Shown in pieces: positions 55,265 to 64,000 of a stretch of DNA of 64,000 bases. This DNA comes from an uncultured Nitrososphaeraceae archaeon (GTDB lineage: Archaea; Thermoproteota; Nitrososphaeria; Nitrososphaerales; Nitrososphaeraceae). The translations under genes and the position numbers were made by a program. Position 1 is the first letter of the stretch; each line of letters opens with the position of its first letter. Below the pieces are notes generated by a model that saw only the letters and a list, made by a program, of their open reading frames with translations, was not told the origin of the DNA and made no database searches. Location: positions 96,001 through 160,000 of the forward strand of contig CAVXZB010000088.1 of the NCBI GenBank assembly GCA_963765895.1, read 5' to 3'.

Positions 55265-56491
55265 TTAGGGGCTATTCAAAGAAGCAGGTATTACTTTGTA
55301 AACTGTTCCGCCATATCCCAGAATGTACAAATAACCATCAGGACTGACCTGTATATCCGTAATTAGACCAAATCCCTTTCCCAATACTATTCCACCTTGC
55401 GCTGATTGCCCTTGACTATTTGCAATTCCACCCTCAGGGGCTCCACTTAATATCAATCCATTCCTCTGTGCATTTAGTTTAAAGTTATACAAATTACCTG
55501 TAAGAACGTCTCCCACAAACATAGTATTTTGATATTGCTTGCCTATTTTATCAGAATTTAGGAATTTTAAGGCAGTTGGAGCTACAGGTGGAGTCCAAAC
55601 AAATTTAGGATCACTATAAGTCCCTTTTCCACCAAGACTAACTAAATCTTTATTTGGGTCTGCCTTCCCAGCACGCTGATCCTTTGCAAAACCTTGAATC
55701 TTAACCCACCCACTATTGAACCCAGGCTTGACCAGGTTAATTTCATCACCAAAAGATGGACCATTCTCTGTATCCCATAGTGTTCCTGTAAGAGGATCAA
55801 AATCTATACCGAAGCCGTTGCGAATCCCATAAGCATAATAAATATTTAAAGGCATTGTTGCTCCTAACGGTGGATTTGGTGCTATTTGTCCATCTCGTGT
55901 TATCCTCAATATGCCTCCGGTGCCATCGAAGGCTGGTCCACCTATAACATTTTGAGCTTGACCTCTATGATCACCAACATCACCAATTATCGCATATACA
56001 TTATGATCGGGACCGATTACAAGTTTTCCGCCATTATGATTTCCTTCCCCACCTGGCCCTGGATTTCCGGGTAAATCTAGCAGTAGCTTAGGATTGACTA
56101 GCCGTTGATTATCATTAGTTAATTCATATCTATAAATTCTATTACCTGCTACAGTGCCGCCGTTGCCAGCCTCTGTATAATATAAAAATACGTAGGTAGG
56201 AGCAGGAATATTCGTATTCTTTTGTACAGCTAATCCTAACAGACCACGTTCAACTTGAGCATCTACGTTGACGTGGAGTAATGGTGTTTCGTGCATCTTG
56301 CCATTTACGATTCTAATAACGTTTCCGGTCTTCTTTTCCACAACCAAAAAATCATTAGGGCCCAAAAATGCCATGCTGGTTGGAATATGAAGTCCACTGA
56401 AAATAGTCTGGGCCTTTAAATTAGGATCATTAAAAGTTGGTCCGCCGGTTGCCTGTGTAGCTTTAACATATGGCAGCAGCAGCATGATCAT
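55265..56491 (-). CDS. PQQ-dependent sugar (glucose/sorbosone) dehydrogenase family, secreted
   Basis: PTSMAFLG, ERGLLGLA, HNGG, YAYGIRN.FG.DFDP, WDTENGP..GDEIN...GFNSGW. Confidence 0.92.
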   Translation of the reverse strand: MIMLLLPYVKATQATGGPTFNDPNLKAQTIFSGLHIPTSMAFLGPNDFLVVEKKTGNVIRIVNGKMHETPLLHVNVDAQVERGLLGLAVQKNTNIPAPTYVFLYYTEAGNGGTVAGNRIYRYELTNDNQRLVNPKLLLDLPGNPGPGGEGNHNGGKLVIGPDHNVYAIIGDVGDHRGQAQNVIGGPAFDGTGGILRITRDGQIAPNPPLGATMPLNIYYAYGIRNGFGIDFDPLTGTLWDTENGPSFGDEINLVKPGFNSGWVKIQGFAKDQRAGKADPNKDLVSLGGKGTYSDPKFVWTPPVAPTALKFLNSDKIGKQYQNTMFVGDVLTGNLYNFKLNAQRNGLILSGAPEGGIANSQGQSAQGGIVLGKGFGLITDIQVSPDGYLYILGYGGTVYKVIPASLNSP

Positions 56492-57368
56492 GAAAAGTAT
56501 ATGAAAGAACGGAATTACTAAGTAGAAGAAATATTGTAGTTACTACCCCAACGATAAGTAATCCGTTATTATAATGGGGGAATAATGATAATCTTCTAAT
56601 AATCATTCCAAGATTACCGCATCATTGGATATAAAAATCTTTTTCGAAATTTTAATCGAAAGTAATCAAGCAATTAAACGCAATTGAACTCAATCTCCAC
56701 CCTACGCATGTAGGTTCTTTTATTCACTTAGAATGAGCCCAGATATGATGTTATAACTATTAAAGTATACAAATAGCTTCCGTTTAAACCAAATTGCGAA
56801 TTTATCTTCATCAAACTGTGTCATCAACATGAATTAATAAGTATTATTTGTTTAGCTACAACATTTGTTTTGCTCAATAATTATTTACGAGTATTCCTTA
56901 ACTTAAAACATTAAGAGTACGATTATGACTGCCACAAAACTGAACGGAACATGCTACTAAGAAAATATTTTTACACTCAGCTAAGAAGGCAGAAATTGCT
57001 TGATTTTACTCCTTACATTGTATGTCTTTTAGAAAAATTGATTTAGCCGATCTATTCATTAAATCCTTATTCAGGAACAGAAAGCGAAGAATATAAGATA
57101 CCATAATCGATCTATCAAAATACCATGCTGCATTCGTAAGGTAAATTATATTTTATTAGAAAACATGATAAACTATTGTCAAAATAATTGATAGGAATAT
57201 GACAATTTAGCTTGGTAGTTATTCTATAACGATTAGGATATAGAATTTAGGTAGAATTTAAATTGTATAAGTTTGAATGTTTCGCCATACACTTCACAAT
57301 TGCTGTTGTAATAAGTCTGGAATATCCTTAGGCCTTAATATAAATAGGTCAATTGCTACCCTTATGAT

Positions 57369-57548
57369 GTGCCTATTATCGCCATTTCATTATATCCTGG
57401 CAGAACTAAAGATCAGAAAGATGCATTTGCTCTGGCTGTAACTGATGCAGCAGTACAAATACTAAAAAGTAAACCTGAACATATAATTATTACGTATGAT
57501 GAAAGACCAAAAGAAAATTGGTACATGGTAGGATATCCGTTAGGATAG
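57369..57548 (+). CDS. 4-oxalocrotonate tautomerase family protein (59 aa), not in the ORF track
   Basis: GTG start: (M)PIIAISLYPGRTKDQKDAFALAVTDAAVQILKSKPEHIIITYDERPKENWYMVGYPLG; catalytic Pro-1, GRT..QK and E....NW motifs; TATATAAA upstream. Confidence 0.9.
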   Translation: MPIIAISLYPGRTKDQKDAFALAVTDAAVQILKSKPEHIIITYDERPKENWYMVGYPLG

Positions 57549-57986
57549 CCACCGAATAATAGAATACTAGAGGCCATGGTACTAACTCTTAGATAATTTC
57601 GTTAGTTGCACCACATTCATTTTTAGTCTTTATTTAGGATATTGAGCTATTGGATTAATCCGACAACAAAATGTTTGTATACAAATTTGCTAACCCCAAA
57701 TTAGAGCGTAATAATAGATTAGTAGGAGGAATAAGATAAAGTAAAAAGATACCGATAAAGGAGTTAGCTTTTAAAAGCTTGACCAATGTAATATAGCAGA
57801 AGTTTCCAGAAACGTGGCCATAAGAGAGAGTCTCATCATGAATTTAGATCAGCAATCTTATCACTTATTCACAACATATTTTGGTATCAATCGGTAAAAT
57901 TGATTCCAGTGGCTGAAAAATTTCCTCTACCTAGTGATTGTTGTGTAGGCTGATACCTAAGGTTTTTGAGATAACCTTAAATTAGA

Positions 57987-59063
57987 ATGTCTAGCAGGTG
58001 GGGGTGTTTGAAGATTGTAGCAGTCCTCTATCCAGGAGGAGAAAAAGCAACGAATAATCCAGACTTACTGGGCTGCGCTGAAAACGCCCTTGGGCTTAAA
58101 GACTTTCTTGGAAAGAATGGCCATGAGCTTGTAGTACTTACTGACCAAGAGTATGAGCTTGACAAACATCTTCCCACTACAGATGTTGTTATCACTACTC
58201 CGTTTTGGCCGGCTTATATTACGAAAGAGAGACTCACAAAGGCGCCAAAACTTCGGCTGATTCTGACTGCTGGCGTTGGTTCAGATCATATAGATTTGGC
58301 TGGAGCAGCTACCCATAATGTTACAGTAGCGGAGATCACTGGTAGCAACGTCGTAAGTGTGGCCGAACAGGTGATAATGCATATCTTGGCTTTAGTTCGA
58401 AATTATATTCCTGCTTACAAACAAGTTCTAGATGGTAAATGGGATATTGCAGAAATTGCTGCAAACGCACACGACTTGGAAGGCAAAACTGTTGGAGTCA
58501 TAGGAACAGGAAGGATTGGACAGAGGGTATGTACTAGGCTCAAGGGTTTCGATATTAGTTTGCTTTACTATAACAACTTTCGACTCAGCACCGTTGAAGA
58601 GTTTGTCCTGGGTATTCGATATACACCCTTAGAAAAATTAATCGAAAAATCAGATATTATTTCCATCAATACCCCTTTAACTCCAGAAACAGATGGAATG
58701 TTTAATCGAGATTTGCTGTTCAGAATGAAAAAGGGTGCGTACCTTGTCAATACGGCTCGAGGAAAAATTATCGACACACAAGCTCTTGTAGAAGCCTTAG
58801 AGAAAGGGCATCTAGCAGGATATGCAGGAGATGTATGGTTCCCCGAGCCTGCCCCTGCAAACCATCCCTGGAGAAATATGCCGAATCATGGGATGGTGCA
58901 TCATTACTCCGGTACAACTTTGGAGGCACAAAAAAGATACGCCGATGGAATAAAAAACTGTCTAGTAAAATTCCTAAATGGGCAGCCAATTGAGCGAGAT
59001 TACCTAATAGTAGATGATGGTAAGGTAGTGAGTCCTAGTTATAGCTACGCTTTCAAAAAGTAA
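57987..59063 (+). CDS. fdh: Metal-independent NAD(P)-dependent formate dehydrogenase family (start may be TTG 58008)
   Basis: KIVAVLY.GG, LLGCAENALGL, ITTPFWPAYITKER, TAGVGSDHIDL, GSNVVSVAE, NTARG, YAGDVWFP and HYSGTTL.AQ.RYA are FDH-specific blocks. Confidence 0.92.
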   Translation: MSSRWGCLKIVAVLYPGGEKATNNPDLLGCAENALGLKDFLGKNGHELVVLTDQEYELDKHLPTTDVVITTPFWPAYITKERLTKAPKLRLILTAGVGSDHIDLAGAATHNVTVAEITGSNVVSVAEQVIMHILALVRNYIPAYKQVLDGKWDIAEIAANAHDLEGKTVGVIGTGRIGQRVCTRLKGFDISLLYYNNFRLSTVEEFVLGIRYTPLEKLIEKSDIISINTPLTPETDGMFNRDLLFRMKKGAYLVNTARGKIIDTQALVEALEKGHLAGYAGDVWFPEPAPANHPWRNMPNHGMVHHYSGTTLEAQKRYADGIKNCLVKFLNGQPIERDYLIVDDGKVVSPSYSYAFKK

Positions 59064-59172
59064 TCCTGCAATTCCCAATAACTGCAATGGTCAGTATTTT
59101 TATTAGTCGATTATTTATGTTAAAGCAATATAATCTATACATCCTATTATGGTCTACCACCAGTCAGTCAAT

Positions 59173-59370
59173 CTAGTTTTTTGTTTTGTTATAACAAATC
59201 ATAAGACCTACACAGATAAACCCGATTACCTCTGGAACCACGAATAGCTTAAATCTCTCTTCACCAGAAGCATTAAAGTATACCAGGCTTGTAACGGGAC
59301 CCCCTACTAATCCTCCAAATATGCCAGCTAGAATTGCTATAGTAATTAATTTATCTTTGTTCAATTTCAA
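59173..59370 (-). CDS. Putative small two-TM membrane protein
   Basis: Two hydrophobic helices in a 65-aa ORF. Confidence 0.5.
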   Translation of the reverse strand: MKLNKDKLITIAILAGIFGGLVGGPVTSLVYFNASGEERFKLFVVPEVIGFICVGLMICYNKTKN

Positions 59371-59705
59371 GGATTCAGTAGTGTCATCAAACCTTTCAGC
59401 ATATTATAATTTCTCTTGCCTTGTCTATTCTATACAGACGACTTGATTTTAGAGTATGTTTTCAACAAATTCATTGTGGCCTGTCACTTATTGCGAACAA
59501 CATATTGAAAATCTTACTTGTGAATGCCATAAACTATCGCTTAAGATCAGCGCATCAGAATTAGTTCCCTTTAACAATGTTTTATAGCAGGTAAGAATCT
59601 AATCTTCTATGCCTACTCAAAGACGGTAAAAAGAAAGAAAATAAAAGTTAATTTATTTTCGTTATTTTATCTAGCCTTTTAGATCATTTAGCGCCGTGAG
59701 TTGTT

Positions 59706-60315
59706 TTAGGAACCCATCATGCCAGGACTTCCCATCATTCCCATACCATGACCTATCATGCCAGGACTTCCCATCATTCCCATACCATGACCTATCATGC
59801 CAGGACTTCCCATCATTCCCATTGAGGGGTGCATCTTTGCCATCATATCCATCAAACTCATGGATTCGACAGATAGCACCTTACCGTTTCCAGGATCCAC
59901 TAATACTCGGTGGACATTGTTGCTAGGATCTAGGTACAAAGACATCATAAACTAGGAATCCCCTCTCCGGATGAATAAATGCTGCTACAGCTGATGAATT
60001 TAAACCTCCTCCAATTGCTTTCAATGCGTCTGTGGTAGCATCATTTAGGGTTGTGTGAATTCTGGACTTAAATGCATCCATTATAGGACTGAATAGCGAT
60101 ATAGAGCTGGTCCAATTTGCAGAGTTCATTGTCATAGAATTTGGACTATGATAAGTCGGGTTATTACTTGGGATCTGCGTCGCCGTTGTACCATTAACTG
60201 GGTTGGTTTGTTGCTGAGCCAAGGCAATGCTACTATTTGGTAACATTACAAATGCTATGGCTACGGCAATGCCAGACAGAGCGACTAAATAGCCGGCCGC
60301 ATGTTTTGTCTTCAT
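59706..60315 (-). CDS. Secreted PepSY-domain protein with Met/Gly/His-rich tail; frameshift near 59934
   Basis: Signal peptide; TLNDA...A; GFLVYDVFV/LDPSNNVHRVLVDPGNGKVL (PepSY consensus). Confidence 0.8.
59715..59822 (-). repeat. 39-bp tandem repeat, about 2.8 copies, encoding MGMMGSPGMIGHG
   Basis: ATCATGCCAGGACTTCCCATCATTCCCAT recurs with a 39-nt period (units start at 59715, 59754, 59793). Confidence 0.95.
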
Positions 60316-60882
60316 ATCCAGATAGACAAGAAACTTTTTCCTATAATAAGGTTTATAGTGGAGAATAATTCATGGTATAAAAAAATTTCAGCCTATCAGA
60401 TGGGCTCTAACATTTTTAAATAGTTTGATAGATACTCATTTTATTTCTTACTTGTTGGAATCCATCCAAGTTTCATAAAATATTGATCTGATATAGTTAA
60501 TGCTAAGATTTTATATATTTATAGGAGAAGATTGAGCCTATCGGTATGGTACAAAATATCCTTATGTCAGACGCGATTGTTATAATGATGTTCTAACCCA
60601 AATATGCGAGCAAGTATATGAAACATACAATTCATAAATCTACTTACAAATAGCAATAAAAAAGTTTAAAATGCTAAACATGCCACTAGAATTCGTGGCT
60701 TTTCTATCTTTGACATCATCAAAATTTAAATCACAATAGTGGCATTTTGTCCATGATATTAATCTGAGATTATGGTACTCTATTTTTGTTCCTTGAATGT
60801 TCATGTCTTCTTACCTCTCCTCCCTAACATTTTTTGAATTTAATCGATAAACCGTATATGTATATATTGTATTGATCTAGTT

Positions 60883-61320
60883 TTCTAGATTCTTTTCTTA
60901 TGGTCCTTTGTTGTAATGCTTTCGTATAGTTCAACGAAATGACCAAGTATGCAGTTCCAACCCTTCTTAAAATCGTCAATATAATCAGATTCGCAATTCT
61001 GAGTATACCTTGTACTAGAATCTGGTTTTGCAGGAAATAACAATTTTTGACTATTGGTTTATTTAGTATTGTCAGCTCACGATAAACAAAAGATCAAATT
61101 CGTTTTCATACCTATTCTATCATAGCTCTATTTTTCGCTATTTTATTTCTTCTCCTTCATTATCGCTACTTGCAAATCCAAAGATTTTATGTTTAGTATC
61201 ATCATCCTCATTGTTATACTATCGATATCATTCATCCATTAAATATTCCAACCAATGATACTATTAATGAAACTGCAATTATAGCGGCTGCAACAATTAT
61301 GAATTTTGAGTTATTGTTCA
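60883..61320 (-). pseudogene. Probable decayed secreted-protein gene
   Basis: MNNNSKFIIVAAAIIAVSLIVSLVGIF signal/anchor followed by broken acidic frames. Confidence 0.35.
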
Positions 61321-61404
61321 TCTATTGTTATAGGTGGCGTGTCTTAAGAACATTTGGTATTTAGCCTATATTATTAAAGGTATTTCCGAATTTACCAGAA
61401 CTTG

Positions 61405-62376
61405 TCATGCCCCCTTGATCCCTTGTGCAACAAATATAGAATAACAGCCAAGGCCACACTGCTCGCATATAGGTTTCAATCCCTTGTTGTCAGCACTTCC
61501 TATACAACATGGCTGCTTTATCCTTCCCATATGATCCAATGAAAGTATAGCCCAGGAAGGACAATCTACTGGTGTTGTACCACGCCCTCCCCAATTGCCT
61601 TTCATTAACCTTAATTGTTTCTCTCCATTGATAACAAATGATGGATATTTTTTCCTCAAATCAATAAGCTTATCTACCACATGATTTCGAATCTCTCCAA
61701 ATGGCAACCACAATGGATCTCCCTTTATGAAGGGTGTATGGAACTGGAAGCCTATCTTGTTTATCTTACCACTCCACTCATTTACTAGGTCTTCAACACT
61801 AGAATAATTTAGGGTATTAATAGTCATAGTGATCCAAATGTCTTTCCATAGCGGCTTACCATTACGCTCTGGGCCTGATGAAATATAGTTTAGGATATTT
61901 TGTTTGGTTGTTGAATAAGATCCCTTTCCTCTAATTTTATCGTGGATCTCTTCGGTACCATCTAGGGAAATCCAGTAGAAATATAATTTTTCAAATCGTC
62001 TTAGAGGGAATGTTCCATTTGTTACAACACATATTCTTCTTGGCATTTCCTCGCAGAAAGCCTCTATAATATCTGGACGCATAGTTGGCTCTCCTCCCAC
62101 CAGTGTAACGACAAATATTTGTTGTTTTTTAAATGTATTTTTAATTATTATTCTCCAATCCTGTGCGCTTAGGTCTTCTGAATCATTTTTTCTATTCAAC
62201 CACCAGTAGCAATGACTACAATGTAAATTACAGACATTGTTAACGTCTACCGAGCCGTAAATAGCCGGTTTTGCCTTAAACAATCTAATTGAAACATATT
62301 TTTTAAATAAACTAACATGATATGGTAATTCATGAATAATGTCAGTTATGCCACGGCCATAAATAATGTCTACCAT
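61405..62376 (-). CDS. Radical SAM protein with Cys-rich (Twitch/SPASM-like) C-terminus
   Basis: CNLHCSHC, VGGEP, VTNG, ISLDG.EE.HD.IRG.G and terminal C..CC..CEQC...C. Confidence 0.92.
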   Translation of the reverse strand: MVDIIYGRGITDIIHELPYHVSLFKKYVSIRLFKAKPAIYGSVDVNNVCNLHCSHCYWWLNRKNDSEDLSAQDWRIIIKNTFKKQQIFVVTLVGGEPTMRPDIIEAFCEEMPRRICVVTNGTFPLRRFEKLYFYWISLDGTEEIHDKIRGKGSYSTTKQNILNYISSGPERNGKPLWKDIWITMTINTLNYSSVEDLVNEWSGKINKIGFQFHTPFIKGDPLWLPFGEIRNHVVDKLIDLRKKYPSFVINGEKQLRLMKGNWGGRGTTPVDCPSWAILSLDHMGRIKQPCCIGSADNKGLKPICEQCGLGCYSIFVAQGIKGA

Positions 62377-62762
62377 GCCCCTGCCTCTACCTTTTGCCTC
62401 CTATCCACATATAGATAGAGGATAATATGCGCAATAAATAAGCATTGATGTAAGGCAGTGTACTACCATATAGTCCTGCCAATGAAATAATGATCATAAT
62501 TTAGCTGGCTTATCGAGTTAGGAAAATGACCTTGGCTAGACACAAGATGATAGACGTAAGGTATAGAAAAGTAATAACAGATTCTCGTACTTAGTATCTT
62601 ATAAGAGTCCCTTTTACTGTAGCAATGACTGGGATTGATTTTTATCATCTCCTTGAGGAATCGATTGCATCCATTATAACTTGGGTGGCATGCATGCCGA
62701 ATCGTTCTTTGCAATAATTTTCATTTTTGAAATTAGAATCCAGTTTGTTTGTTCTTAATAAA

Positions 62763-63029
62763 TCAGAGAGCCGGTTTACTGGCAGCAAGACAATCCATCC
62801 CTGACTTCCAAGTTAGTATAATAGTGCATTTATCGCAAACGCTGCTTTTTGCATTGGTTGCATAAACTTCACAACAAAAGATACATTTGTTGTATACCAT
62901 TGATTTACCAGATCTTGCAGCATTTATACCAAAATGAACTGTATTAAAACAGCTTATGCACAGATGTCGGTCACATGTAGAACATTTATGATACTCTTCA
63001 TTCTTCTTACATCTTTCGCAGAGTGTCAT
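62763..63029 (-). CDS. Small Cys-rich zinc-finger protein (B-box-like)
   Basis: Five CxxC motifs plus His in 88 aa. Confidence 0.6.
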   Translation of the reverse strand: MTLCERCKKNEEYHKCSTCDRHLCISCFNTVHFGINAARSGKSMVYNKCIFCCEVYATNAKSSVCDKCTIILTWKSGMDCLAASKPAL

Positions 63030-64000
63030 CTATTTCAGGAACATTACCCATAAGTTAGTATGTAAACAATATACGTCCACTGATAGATATCGATAACAAA
63101 TGAGCTTATCCGTGTATACCAAGAACATATTTAAGTATACAGCCTTGCTATATCAATCGTTCGGTAGATTTGTTGTGTCATACTCTTTAGCGTTGTCGCA
63201 TGTGTATTTCTCATCTACGCCCAGTTAATGAAAAGATATTTACATCCATAATGTAATGCGTCTACGCTCTTGATCTTATCTTGCAGGAGCTTGACATAAC
63301 TATGTTAGGCTTTGTCGTTACAATGCGTAGGATAGACCAGGGAAATTTGAATAGTGGATATTCCAAATTGTTGTACAATTGACAAACAAGGATGGGCCAA
63401 ATATAACTCATAAAAGTTTATTGGAGAGCACCTTATGTCTAGATTAACTGGAATGCAACTTGGAATATGCCTAGGCTGACTAGTCTGATAATATTAATGC
63501 TATTTCTACTAGGCCAATATACCATAAAATATAAAAGAAGATTGATTTTGTATGTAATGAATTAGTTTGACTACATTGATGGTCAAATGAGTATAAAATA
63601 GTCCATGAATCACCAAGAAATGCAGTACCATAAAGCAAATCAGAGTGCATAACATATCATATAAGATACACGTATATCGAAGTCATCGTAATAATGGTTT
63701 AATATGTACAAATGCAATCTACTATTTGTTATAGTATATGAGTGAAGAGAACACAAGTTGTAGGCTATTTTTAGATACGTACATTTTCTTTTGTCGAGAC
63801 CCGAAAATACATCATCAATTGTTTCTTCATATATTCTTAATTAATGTCAGACATAAGAGCTACTGATATGAGTTTTTCCTTTTTACAGACAGTACAACAA
63901 TTATCCCAGCCGTTATTGTCCTTTGGTGATCAGCCATTTTTTCATGTATCTGCGTCGTCTTCGCCAGATACCTTAATCCAGGACTTTGCAGCAATTATGA

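Noticed and set aside
59715-59822. 39-bp periodic repeats resembling a CRISPR array
   Set aside because: No unique spacers, the period is a multiple of three within a CDS, and there are no cas genes.

Overview
AT-rich, low-coding-density archaeal DNA. Gene content points to a soil ammonia-oxidising thaumarchaeon (Nitrososphaerales, probably Nitrososphaeraceae): a Nitrosopumilus-type ADP-forming 4-hydroxybutyrate-CoA ligase, archaeal r-proteins L15e, L44e, S27e and S19e, TFE, thermosome, archaeosine TGT, and late cobalamin and riboflavin operons. A dense housekeeping core (about 22-50 kb) is flanked by decayed or accessory regions. These hold an IS5-family remnant, TPR and signal-peptidase pseudogenes, and a 53.8-60.3 kb stretch with a DCC oxidoreductase, a PQQ sugar dehydrogenase, a tautomerase, a metal-free formate dehydrogenase and a PepSY protein. 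About a dozen otherwise intact genes carry single-base frameshifts, most likely long-read indel errors. I saw no rRNA, tRNA or CRISPR array, and no clearly new multi-gene system. Best leads: (1) a formate dehydrogenase with altered cofactor-specificity and active-site residues; (2) an amidohydrolase embedded in the riboflavin operon, a candidate for the missing step; (3) codon 'stutter' expansions in weakly constrained genes; (4) repeat-expanded disordered or metal-binding protein tails. All family calls come from motif recognition by eye, not from database searches.
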